Source: a virus
Taxonomy: Duplodnaviria; Caudoviricetes
Direction: 5' to 3' (one strand)
Virus record (IMG/VR): IMGVR_UViG_3300020533_000259
Location: 1 to 25,748 of that record
DNA length: 25,748 nucleotides
The notes beneath the pieces were generated by a model that made no database searches, was not told the origin of the DNA, and saw only the letters and a program-made list of their open reading frames with translations. Position numbers and translations under genes: made by a program. Positions 1 through 7,685 of this stretch are shown here, in pieces (the first letter of the stretch is position 1; every line of letters starts with the position of its first letter).

Positions 1-1
1 T

Positions 2-355
2 GGAGTCAGAGGTGCTGATGCAACCATACGTACATTAATTGTAAGTTTAAAATCTAAAAATATTCCAGTATTTATTGCAACTGGTAATAAAATGGGAACA
101 AAAATTGATTATCCAGCCTGTATTGTTGACACGGTTTCAGTAAGCACTGGAGAAAAAAATAATTCTGGTCAAATTGTAAGCGTTAATGCTTTAGATGCAA
201 ATACAGACTATGTTGCATCTTCAAGTATATTTAATTATACTTCTTCTGTTTTTGGTTTAATACCACAAACAACATCTTCTGCTGCAGTTGCAGTTGCTAC
301 TACATGGACTACAAAAGGAACTTTAACTGATAAGGTTGTTCAAGTTCTTCCATAA
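2..355 (+). CDS. Subtilase (peptidase S8)-like protein, C-terminal part (5' truncated by window)
   Basis: Frame is open from base 2: ...PVFIATGN...DYPAC...VSV...QTTSSAA; resembles the S8 oxyanion (AxGN), YPA and GTSxA regions. Confidence 0.6.
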   Translation, partial: GVRGADATIRTLIVSLKSKNIPVFIATGNKMGTKIDYPACIVDTVSVSTGEKNNSGQIVSVNALDANTDYVASSSIFNYTSSVFGLIPQTTSSAAVAVATTWTTKGTLTDKVVQVLP

Positions 356-362
356 TAGTGTT

Positions 363-433
363 GCGAATATTGCATAGTGGTAGTGCGTAACCTTGCCAAG
401 GTTAATGTGCGAGTTCGATTCTCGCTATTCGCT
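363..433 (+). tRNA. tRNA-Gly(GCC)
   Basis: Acceptor GCGAATA/TATTCGC; anticodon stem TAACC/GGTTA with loop TTGCCAA; T-loop TTCGATT; CCA not encoded. Confidence 0.95.
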
Positions 434-437
434 CTCA

Positions 438-512
438 GCCCTCATCGTCTAGTGGTTAGGACATCACCCTTTCACGGTGGTAACAGGGGTTCAATTCCCC
501 TTGGGGGTACCA
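438..512 (+). tRNA. tRNA-Glu(TTC)
   Basis: Acceptor GCCCTCA/TGGGGGT; anticodon loop CTTTCAC; T-arm AGGGG-TTCAATT-CCCCT; CCA encoded. Confidence 0.95.
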
Positions 513-518
513 AAAATT

Positions 519-527
519 TGGTATAAT
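519..527 (+). promoter_or_regulatory. Extended -10 promoter (TGgTATAAT) for hsp20
   Basis: Exact TGnTATAAT 58 nt upstream of the hsp20 ATG. Confidence 0.7.
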
Positions 528-532
528 AGGAT

Positions 533-584
533 TGTATCTGCCTACGGGGGATACATAAAACTAACTCGCTGAAAAGGAGAAAAA
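533..584 (+). promoter_or_regulatory. ROSE-like RNA thermometer in the hsp20 5' UTR
   Basis: UACG-capped 5' hairpin (533-555), then CUCGCU-GAAA-AGGAG (565-579), a U(U/C)GCU motif pairing with the SD with a bulged G. Confidence 0.55.
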
Positions 585-1004
585 ATGGTAAGTTCGTTTA
601 CATTGGATCTTTTTAAGGATCCATTTTTTATTGGTTTCAATCGTGAATTGGACCGTTTAAGTACAGTACATAATCTAGCAACTCGTCAGGCATATCCGCC
701 ATACGATATTTTAAAACTAGACGAAGATACATATAAATTATCTTTGGCTGTTGCTGGATTTTCAAAAACAGATATTGATGTTTCAGTAGATAATGGAACA
801 TTAATAATTAAAGGTGAAATAGCAGAAATAACAGATGCTGAAATTGTTTATAAAGGAATTGCTGCTCGTAAATTTACTCGCACATTTGCCCTTGGTGAAT
901 ACATGGAAGTATCTAGTGCTGAACTCAAGGATGGCATGCTTACAATTAATATTGTTCGTGTTGTTCCTGAAGATAAAAAGCCTAAAGTAATTAAAGTTAA
1001 ATAA
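585..1004 (+). CDS. hsp20: Small heat-shock protein Hsp20 (IbpA-like)
   Basis: YPPYDI, LAVAGF, KGIAARKFTRTF, A.LKDGML.I and P..I.V motifs of the alpha-crystallin domain; AGGAG RBS. Confidence 0.95.
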   Translation: MVSSFTLDLFKDPFFIGFNRELDRLSTVHNLATRQAYPPYDILKLDEDTYKLSLAVAGFSKTDIDVSVDNGTLIIKGEIAEITDAEIVYKGIAARKFTRTFALGEYMEVSSAELKDGMLTINIVRVVPEDKKPKVIKVK

Positions 1005-1008
1005 AAAA

Positions 1009-1037
1009 ACAACCTGGGCATGTTGTAAAACTGCCTA
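1009..1037 (+). ncRNA. H-type pseudoknot motif, copy 1 (3' of hsp20)
   Basis: ACAAC-C-TGGGCA-T-GTTGT-AAAAC-TGCCTA: P1 ACAAC/GTTGT, P2 TGGGCA/TGCCTA. Confidence 0.7.
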
Positions 1038-1074
1038 TTATTTGATATACTTAAAGATAACTATAGGAGAATTA

Positions 1075-1251
1075 ATGCCAAGATATGATTACAAGTGCTC
1101 TATCTGTTCTTCACAAATTGAGTTTGAAAAAAAATTTGATGAAGAAGGATATCCAGTATGCTGTAATCAATCTATGCAAAGACTTTGGAGTTCCCCTGCT
1201 GCAATTTTCAACGGTAGTGGATTTTACTCAACCGACAATAGAAAGAAGTAA
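1075..1251 (+). CDS. FmdB-family zinc-ribbon protein
   Basis: MPRYDYKCSIC...PVCCNQSMQR...F.GSGFYSTD; AGGAG RBS before ATG 1075. Confidence 0.85.
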   Translation: MPRYDYKCSICSSQIEFEKKFDEEGYPVCCNQSMQRLWSSPAAIFNGSGFYSTDNRKK

Positions 1252-1270
1252 CTGGATGTATAATAGAACT

Positions 1271-1528
1271 ATGAACAACATTACAAAAGATCATCCAAGC
1301 GTAAAACCCAAGCAATGGGTTTTAAATGCAAAAGATCGTTGTGATAAATGTTTAGCCCAAGCGTTAGTTAAAGTAAAAGGCGCCTCTGGAGAGTTGATGT
1401 TTTGTAGCCATCATTATGACAAAATAATGAATAAACCAGAATCATATAAAAAAATGATGGCTTTTATGCTAGAAGTTATTGATGAGCGTGAAAAGTTAGT
1501 AGAGAATAGAGCGATTGGGGCAATATAA
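1271..1528 (+). CDS. Conserved actinobacterial-type Zn-binding protein (DRCDxC...FCxHH)
   Basis: LNAKDRCDKCLAQA...GELMFCSHHY; start reassigned to ATG 1271, 6 nt after TATAAT (1259-1264). Confidence 0.7.
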   Translation: MNNITKDHPSVKPKQWVLNAKDRCDKCLAQALVKVKGASGELMFCSHHYDKIMNKPESYKKMMAFMLEVIDEREKLVENRAIGAI

Positions 1529-1935
1529 TGTATGAGTATTTTGTAAAAGAAGTAAAGAATGTTGTTGATGGAGATACTATTGATGTAATTATTGATTTAG
1601 GGTTTGATATTTTATTTTCATCTCGTGTACGTCTGGCTGGTATTGATACTCCAGAATCACGCACAACAGATAAGGCTGAAAAGGCTCTTGGACTTGAATC
1701 TAAGGAGTACTTAAAAAAGCATTTAAAGGATGCCAAATCTATTGTAATTAAAACTGAAAAAATGAACTCATCTGAAAAGTTTGGTCGTATTCTAGGTTGG
1801 CTTTATATTAATAAAGATACAGTCTCTGTTAATGATAAGATGATTAACGATGGATATGCTTGGGGATACATGGGAGATGCCAAAGTAAAAGATTTTGAGG
1901 CATTAAAAAAGGCTAGAGCAAAGTCTGGCAAATGA
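1528..1935 (+). CDS. Thermonuclease (SNase family)
   Basis: VVDGDTID, RVRLAGIDTPE, KFGRILG, VN..MI..GYA motifs. Confidence 0.92.
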   Translation: MYEYFVKEVKNVVDGDTIDVIIDLGFDILFSSRVRLAGIDTPESRTTDKAEKALGLESKEYLKKHLKDAKSIVIKTEKMNSSEKFGRILGWLYINKDTVSVNDKMINDGYAWGYMGDAKVKDFEALKKARAKSGK

Positions 1936-2183
1936 AAACAATTTTTTATTTTACAGCAGATTGGTGCGGTCCTTGTAAAAAAACACGACCAATTGTTGAA
2001 GAATTAAAAAAAGAAGGTTATCAATTTCAAATAATTGATGCTGATTATGAACAACTACTTGTTAAAAGGTTTGAAATAAAGTCAGTTCCTACTTTTATAT
2101 TATTTAAAAATGAAAAAGAAATTAAGCGCATGGTTGGTGCACAAACTCAACAGTCTTTGTTGGAGTTTATAAATAATGAGTAA
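1932..2183 (+). CDS. Thioredoxin
   Basis: WCGPC active site and SVPTF cis-Pro motif; ATGA overlap with upstream gene. Confidence 0.92.
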   Translation: MKTIFYFTADWCGPCKKTRPIVEELKKEGYQFQIIDADYEQLLVKRFEIKSVPTFILFKNEKEIKRMVGAQTQQSLLEFINNE

Positions 2184-2511
2184 CGAAGAACAAGAAATAA
2201 TTGAAAAACTCATCCTTGATGGAGGGCTAGAAACTGTAGGCGTTGACGAAGAAACTGGTGAATTGCTGTATTCCTTTACCCCTAAAATTAAAAACCTTAT
2301 GCCAGACTTATATAATGAGCATATAACAGACGTAAATACTTGTGTTATGGCATTATGGGAAAAAGGATTTTTAGAAATAGATTTTTTTGCCGAAGAGCCT
2401 ATTATTACTTTATCAGAAAAGGCACTAAATAAAGCAGAGATAGAGGCTTTATCCAAAAAAGATAGGTGGAACCTTTTTGAAATCATACGACTTTTGCACC
2501 CCAAAGCCTGA
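2176..2511 (+). CDS. Hypothetical phage protein
   Basis: 111-aa ORF overlapping the thioredoxin stop; GGAG RBS. Confidence 0.75.
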   Translation: MSNEEQEIIEKLILDGGLETVGVDEETGELLYSFTPKIKNLMPDLYNEHITDVNTCVMALWEKGFLEIDFFAEEPIITLSEKALNKAEIEALSKKDRWNLFEIIRLLHPKA

Positions 2512-2524
2512 TATAATAGATAAT

Positions 2525-2935
2525 ATGACATACTACTCAGATAACGAAGAAGAAGATAAATGGGACAACATAACAAAAGCATGTTGGTCTGGATATGAAC
2601 AACGTGGCATGAAAGATAAAGGTGGGCGGATGGTTCCTAATTGCGTTCCAGTTGGTAAACTAGAAGAAATGGAAAATGAAATGGCAAAAGCAAAACCTAA
2701 TTATGAAGATTTTATTAAACCACGTAGGGGTGGATCAACACCATCAGACCCTAAACTATATGCAAGAGTTGTACAAGCAGCAAAAGATAAATTTGATGTT
2801 TATCCATCTGCGGTTGCTAATTCTTGGGTAGTACAAGAGTATAAACGTCGTGGTGGTACATACAAAGCAGAATCACAATCTACAACAAAAAGTATTTGGG
2901 ATGGATCTTTTAATCCTTTAAGGTTTAAAAAATAA
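2525..2935 (+). CDS. Hypothetical protein with CWxGY...VPNCVP motif and a basic YPSA...EYKRRGG domain
   Basis: Two short motifs I recall from many aquatic phage proteins; leaderless start after TGaTATAAT (2509-2517). Confidence 0.75.
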   Translation: MTYYSDNEEEDKWDNITKACWSGYEQRGMKDKGGRMVPNCVPVGKLEEMENEMAKAKPNYEDFIKPRRGGSTPSDPKLYARVVQAAKDKFDVYPSAVANSWVVQEYKRRGGTYKAESQSTTKSIWDGSFNPLRFKK

Positions 2936-3093
2936 TGGCTAACAGATCTTCAGGTTCTTATTTTAAAAATTACGGATTTAATTCTTTACAAATTAAAAAT
3001 GGCAGAATTGTTCGTTTAAGAAAAGACGGTACTGTAAAAGCAGATCTTGGTCCGTATCCAAAAACAAAGGCAGGGGTAAGTCATGGCAAATAA
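2935..3093 (+). CDS. Small basic hypothetical protein (52 aa, MANRSSGSYF...)
   Basis: Translated by hand; TAATG coupling with upstream stop; below ORF-track cutoff. Confidence 0.65.
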   Translation: MANRSSGSYFKNYGFNSLQIKNGRIVRLRKDGTVKADLGPYPKTKAGVSHGK

Positions 3094-3193
3094 AGAACAA
3101 AAGGGTAATGTTAATACAAAAAAAGAGCCTAAGATGACTCTTAAAGAAAAACGTGTTGCTAAACAACAAAAGCGGGATAAAAAGAATGGCTGA
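3083..3193 (+). CDS. Small Lys-rich protein (36 aa, MANKEQKGN...KEPKMTLKEKR)
   Basis: GGGGT RBS; overlaps both neighbours. Confidence 0.65.
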   Translation: MANKEQKGNVNTKKEPKMTLKEKRVAKQQKRDKKNG

Positions 3194-3557
3194 TACATAT
3201 ACTCCTACTTCTGGCATGAAGGCTGCTGCTAGACGTGCATTAAAGTGGAAAGAAGATGGCAAAGCAACTGGTGCAGGAACTCCCGTAGGTTGGGGTCGTG
3301 CAACAGATATAGTTGCTGGTAGGGCAATGTCTTTAAGTACTGTTAAACGTATGTTTTCTTTTTTCTCCCGTCATGAAGTAGATAAAAAAGGAAAAGGTTT
3401 TTACGATGGTCCAGAGTTTCCATCTAACGGAAGAATTATGTGGGACGCATGGGGTGGAGATGCAGGTTTTACATGGAGTCGTGCCATTGTTGAAAGAGAA
3501 AAAAAACAAGTAGAAAAGGTTTGGGCAAATAGCCCATTTAGTTTTAGAAAGGGGTAA
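3186..3557 (+). CDS. Conserved phage domain protein (GT.VGW.RA...TVKRM.SFFSRHE...WDAWGG)
   Basis: Motif pattern I recall from head/portal-associated phage proteins; start reassigned to ATG 3186. Confidence 0.75.
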   Translation: MADTYTPTSGMKAAARRALKWKEDGKATGAGTPVGWGRATDIVAGRAMSLSTVKRMFSFFSRHEVDKKGKGFYDGPEFPSNGRIMWDAWGGDAGFTWSRAIVEREKKQVEKVWANSPFSFRKG

Positions 3558-3559
3558 AA

Positions 3560-3718
3560 GTGGAGGACTTAAATATTGAAGAAATAAAACAGTTAGTTTT
3601 ATTTTATAAGCAAAAATCTTCAGATCTTGAGTTTAATTTACTGCAACTGCAAATAAAGTTAAATAGGACTATCTCTGTTGAAAATTCAATAGAATCAAAG
3701 CCAGTAGTTAAAAAGTAG
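3560..3718 (+). CDS. Small coiled-coil hypothetical protein (52 aa)
   Basis: GTG start after AAAGGGGT RBS; MEDLNIEEIKQLVLFYKQK...; fills the gap between genes. Confidence 0.65.
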   Translation: MEDLNIEEIKQLVLFYKQKSSDLEFNLLQLQIKLNRTISVENSIESKPVVKK

Positions 3719-3731
3719 ATAGGTTTGAATA

Positions 3732-4151
3732 ATGCAAGAGTTAATAGTCTTAGGCTTGACATTGTCTCTTGCTTGGTTTATACTTAAAGTAGGTAAAAGT
3801 AATAAAAAAAAACCTTATTCAAAAACTTTGCATAAACAAAGTGATACGCACAAGTTATTGAAATTATTTTTTTCTATGCCTTTATCAAACAACCAACAAA
3901 ATTTTTCTCAATTGACAAAGCATAAAGAAAAAGGTATAATTAAGGTTATTGTTTTAGGCAACGAAGCATATTGGATATCTAATAATATTTTTTATGTTGC
4001 AGAGGCTATAAACGGTGAGGTACAACGCCACACTGCTAAACCAATTGATACTAACACTTTATCAAAAAGTGATTTAGATAAAATGCTTTTTATATTAGAT
4101 AGTTTAAAGGATGGAAAAAAAGATGATCGTGGCAGTTCAGGGCACAAGTGA
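3732..4151 (+). CDS. Hypothetical protein with N-terminal membrane anchor
   Basis: Hydrophobic LIVLGLTLSLAWFIL followed by a basic stretch. Confidence 0.7.
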   Translation: MQELIVLGLTLSLAWFILKVGKSNKKKPYSKTLHKQSDTHKLLKLFFSMPLSNNQQNFSQLTKHKEKGIIKVIVLGNEAYWISNNIFYVAEAINGEVQRHTAKPIDTNTLSKSDLDKMLFILDSLKDGKKDDRGSSGHK

Positions 4152-4473
4152 GTTTAATGACTACAATGTGTTTATTCGTTCTATGGGGGTTGCTATGTCA
4201 AATATGCATAAAGACGACACAGAATTTGTAATTTACTCTGCTGGTCCTGCTAAAATTAATTCTTTTGTTTCCGAATTCTCTAATTTATCTGAAAGAGGAA
4301 TGAAGGCAAGAGGTAAAAAGATTAAATTTTATAAAGTTGCTCCAGTTTGGATGCAAGAAAATTTAGATCAAATCAACTATTTTGCTTTCTTAAGTAAGCC
4401 TAATGAAAAAACTTCAAGGTTAGTTTCAGAAGCACAATTAAAAAATGTAGAAGTTGGTATATTTAAATACTAG
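4123..4473 (+). CDS. SLOG-family (YspA/DUF2493-like) protein
   Basis: N-terminal IVAVQGTSEFNDY resembles the SLOG G-S/T-R-x-F-x-D-Y motif. Confidence 0.55.
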   Translation: MIVAVQGTSEFNDYNVFIRSMGVAMSNMHKDDTEFVIYSAGPAKINSFVSEFSNLSERGMKARGKKIKFYKVAPVWMQENLDQINYFAFLSKPNEKTSRLVSEAQLKNVEVGIFKY

Positions 4474-4482
4474 GGGGTATTT

Positions 4483-4692
4483 ATGTTTATTAGAAGTTTA
4501 AACACTATGGAAAAAATTGTTTCCAAAAATAGTAATTTACTTTGGAATGGCTGGGATGTTATTGATTTAAAAGAATCTGACATTGCCAAAACATCTCCAA
4601 AAGGTATTAAAGTTAAAGATAAATGGTACATTCATAAAATTTATTCTCCTGGTCGTAATGGGTGGGATATACCAAACAAGTATCGAGAATAA
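4483..4692 (+). CDS. Hypothetical protein (Trp-rich)
   Basis: GGGGGT RBS; in operon order before whiB. Confidence 0.75.
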   Translation: MFIRSLNTMEKIVSKNSNLLWNGWDVIDLKESDIAKTSPKGIKVKDKWYIHKIYSPGRNGWDIPNKYRE

Positions 4693-4694
4693 TT

Positions 4695-4988
4695 ATGAAA
4701 CAGCATTTATGGAAAGATAACGCAATTTGTCTAGGTCTTGATACAAATATTTACTTTGATAAATATGAAGATAATGAATCTGGCAGGGCAATTGTTGATT
4801 CAATGTGTCAGCAATGTCCAGTAGCAAAGACATGTTTTGCAGTAGGCATTTCAGGTAAAGAATGGGGTGTTTGGGGCGGAGTATATTTAGAAGGCGGAGA
4901 AGTATCTAAAGAGTTTAATAAACATAAAACTAAACAAGATTGGTCTAATACTTGGCAATCTTTAACTATGGAAAATAATAATATATGA
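4695..4988 (+). CDS. whiB: WhiB-family Fe-S transcription factor
   Basis: W...AIC, CQQCPV...C and EWGVWGG: four Cys plus the G[V/I]WGG turn. Confidence 0.92.
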   Translation: MKQHLWKDNAICLGLDTNIYFDKYEDNESGRAIVDSMCQQCPVAKTCFAVGISGKEWGVWGGVYLEGGEVSKEFNKHKTKQDWSNTWQSLTMENNNI

Positions 4989-5794
4989 AAAAAAATTATT
5001 ATTTTTTAGCAGGATTTCATCGTTCTGGAAATACATTGTTATCAAGTATTTTAAATCAAAATGAACAAATATATTGCAGTCCTCTTAGTCCAGTTTCAAC
5101 AATGCTTAAAATTTTTGATCAAAACATACCTCAAAATGAAGATACCGTAAGACTAGATAATCAAATTCCAGTAGAAAATGTTAGTAAAAATATAATTGAA
5201 AATTATTATTCACAAGTGACAAAGTCAATAATTATTGATAGAGAAAAATTGTGGGCAAATGCTGAAAATTTAAAAATAATAAAAAAATATATTAACCCTA
5301 ATCCTAAAATAATATTTACAGTTAGGCCAATAATAGAAGTACTGTCATCCTTTATTAATATATTGCCAGAACATTCTTATTTAGACGTAGCAATGAAGCA
5401 AACTAATTGGTGGTATAAGGATTATTTAAGTAAAAATGACAATAGGTGCGATTTTTTAATGAGAGCGGGAGGACCAATTGATAATGTTTTATTGTCTATT
5501 AATGAAATAATTAAACCTGAAAATAAAAATATGTTTTGTATTGTTTGGTATGATGATCTTGTTAATAATCCACAAAAAACAATGAATGGAATATATAATT
5601 TTTTAGAATTACCAAATTATAACCATAATTTTAATCAAATTATAAAGTTAGAAAAAGATAATGATGAGAAAATTGGACATCCTAAAAATATGCACGACAT
5701 AAGATTAAAATTAAATAAAACAAGTAAAAATCCTAAAGAAATATTGTCAGAATATATAATTAATAAGTACTCAAATATGGGTTGGAGAATATGA
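4985..5794 (+). CDS. Sulfotransferase-family protein
   Basis: GFHRSGNTLL 5'-PSB loop, KIIFTVRP...SS 3'-PB motif, YDDLVNNP. Confidence 0.88.
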   Translation: MKKNYYFLAGFHRSGNTLLSSILNQNEQIYCSPLSPVSTMLKIFDQNIPQNEDTVRLDNQIPVENVSKNIIENYYSQVTKSIIIDREKLWANAENLKIIKKYINPNPKIIFTVRPIIEVLSSFINILPEHSYLDVAMKQTNWWYKDYLSKNDNRCDFLMRAGGPIDNVLLSINEIIKPENKNMFCIVWYDDLVNNPQKTMNGIYNFLELPNYNHNFNQIIKLEKDNDEKIGHPKNMHDIRLKLNKTSKNPKEILSEYIINKYSNMGWRI

Positions 5795-6555
5795 TGATTA
5801 TACAAATAATCGGACTGCCAGGTTCTGGAAAAACAGAATTAGCCAAGGCACTCAAAGAAAGAATTAACGCTATTCATCTTAATGCAGATGAGGTTCGTGC
5901 AACAGTAAATTCTGATCTTGGATTTACCGCCGAAGATCGTATAGAGCAAGCACGACGCATGGGGGAGATGGCAAGACTTATTGCAAAACAAGGTGTTGCT
6001 CCAGTCATCGTAGATTTTGTATGCCCAACAGAATTAACTCGTAAAACATTTGGAAAGCCAGATATTTTTATTTTTATGGACACAATTGCTGAGGGCCGTT
6101 TTGAAGATACAAATAAAATGTTTGAGCGTCCAAAAGAAGCCGATTTTTATTTTACTAATCACGAACGAAATGCTGAAGAAAAAGCATCTAGTATTATTGA
6201 AAAGTTTGGCCTACATGACTGGTCTGCACCTACAACCCTTATGCTAGGTAGGTATCAGCCTTGGCACGAAGGCCACCACGCCCTTTACAAAGAAGCGGGG
6301 AAGAGAACAGACCAAGTGCTGCTGGGAGTTCGTAATACCTACAACACAAGCGAGAAAGATCCACTTAAGTTTGACCAGGTAAAAGAGTATATTGCCAAGG
6401 ATGAATTTATGGATGGCGCATTAGTATTAAGACTACCCAACATTACCAACATTGTTTATGGTCGTGATGTAGGCTACAAGATTGAGCAGGTAGATTTAGG
6501 GGCAGACATTCACGCTATTTCTGCTACGCAAAAGCGTAAGGAGATGGGCATATGA
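5791..6555 (+). CDS. Adenylylsulfate-kinase-like P-loop domain fused to a HIGH-type nucleotidyltransferase domain
   Basis: GLPGSGKT, LNADEVR, DLGFTAEDR (CysC-like), then MLGRYQPWHEGH and ISAT. Confidence 0.85.
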   Translation: MMIIQIIGLPGSGKTELAKALKERINAIHLNADEVRATVNSDLGFTAEDRIEQARRMGEMARLIAKQGVAPVIVDFVCPTELTRKTFGKPDIFIFMDTIAEGRFEDTNKMFERPKEADFYFTNHERNAEEKASSIIEKFGLHDWSAPTTLMLGRYQPWHEGHHALYKEAGKRTDQVLLGVRNTYNTSEKDPLKFDQVKEYIAKDEFMDGALVLRLPNITNIVYGRDVGYKIEQVDLGADIHAISATQKRKEMGI

Positions 6556-6827
6556 TAGACAAGTTTAAGCAATGGTTTTTTAAACCAACACAGCACTTTC
6601 AGGTAAGATACAATACAAAAAATAATGGCGGGCCTTTGAAGTGGAGAATTATTGCTGATGGTGAAGAGATGCTTGCTAGTCATATTGAAATACGAGGCTA
6701 TATCTATGGAGAAGCAAGTGTTGTAGATGATGATCAAAAAATGAATATGGCCTGCGATGGAAAAATTTATTGGCACGGAACTCGTGCTGAAATCATTACC
6801 TCAAAGGCACCAGACCTACTACTATGA
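6552..6827 (+). CDS. Hypothetical protein
   Basis: ATGA coupling on both sides. Confidence 0.75.
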   Translation: MIDKFKQWFFKPTQHFQVRYNTKNNGGPLKWRIIADGEEMLASHIEIRGYIYGEASVVDDDQKMNMACDGKIYWHGTRAEIITSKAPDLLL

Positions 6828-7027
6828 TAGTTTCTAAATCAAGATCATTAATTAAGTCTTTAACTTGGAGAGTAGTTGCACTACTTACAACTTTCGTGTC
6901 TGCTTATTGGATTACTGGTGAAGAGGTTGAGGCGCTGCAAGTCACGGTATTGACAAATACAATTAACTTTATTCTATACTACGCACATGAGCGTGGATGG
7001 AACTACATACAATGGGGGAGAAAATAA
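6824..7027 (+). CDS. DUF2061-type small membrane protein
   Basis: RSLIKSLTWR...LYYAHERGW..I.WG. Confidence 0.85.
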   Translation: MIVSKSRSLIKSLTWRVVALLTTFVSAYWITGEEVEALQVTVLTNTINFILYYAHERGWNYIQWGRK

Positions 7028-7257
7028 TGTATACAGATAAAATGAAAATGGCATTTCATTCTATTCCAGCACCTAAAAATTTTAAGGTAGACATTATTGA
7101 CAACGATCATTTTATAACCATTAAGGCTAATGAGGCTATGTTTATGCGTTTATTTGACACAGAGAAGCGACATGCTGTAGAATATATGGTAAGAGTAAAA
7201 AAGGCTTTAGAAAGCAATGGAGCAATCGTAATGATTACTAGGGAGGCTATTAAATAA
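7027..7257 (+). CDS. Hypothetical protein
   Basis: TAATG coupling, GGGGAG RBS; start reassigned to ATG 7027. Confidence 0.75.
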   Translation: MYTDKMKMAFHSIPAPKNFKVDIIDNDHFITIKANEAMFMRLFDTEKRHAVEYMVRVKKALESNGAIVMITREAIK

Positions 7258-7685
7258 TGAAAGATGTTATTTTAATATTTTTTATAGTTTTGTCTGTTTC
7301 TTTTGCCATATCGTATTTAACAATGTTATCCAAATTAAACAAACTTAGTTTAACTTCTGCTCAATTATTTTTAGAAAATTTTAAACTTAATCAACATGCT
7401 GAATCTATTAAAGCAAACCAAGAATTAACTAACAACGACATACATAGAGAAAATTTTATAAAATTTTTATCAGATTCTCGTGACTGGGCTTTTACATACA
7501 TTGAAGATGTTCAAAACGGTTTAACCAAGTTTGTTAAAGAAGTTGATCCAAGTATTAATTATTTTTCAGAATTTAGCACTTTATCTGAAGGTCATCCACT
7601 ACATGATAGTATGAAAAAAATATCTATTGCATATCAAGATTTAAAAAAGTTTTTACCAAATGAATCAGAAATAAATAATACATAA
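7257..7685 (+). CDS. Hypothetical protein with N-terminal TM helix
   Basis: VILIFFIVLSVSFAISYL; TAATG coupling. Confidence 0.75.
   Translation: MKDVILIFFIVLSVSFAISYLTMLSKLNKLSLTSAQLFLENFKLNQHAESIKANQELTNNDIHRENFIKFLSDSRDWAFTYIEDVQNGLTKFVKEVDPSINYFSEFSTLSEGHPLHDSMKKISIAYQDLKKFLPNESEINNT

Noticed and set aside
1085-1270. N-terminal extension of the 147-aa ORF
   Set aside because: Overlaps the FmdB gene in another frame; a leaderless promoter supports ATG 1271.
1476-3262. Minus-strand ORFs 1476-1736, 2100-2582, 2993-3262 and 3016-3198
   Set aside because: Antisense shadows of well-supported, coupled + strand genes; no motifs or RBS.
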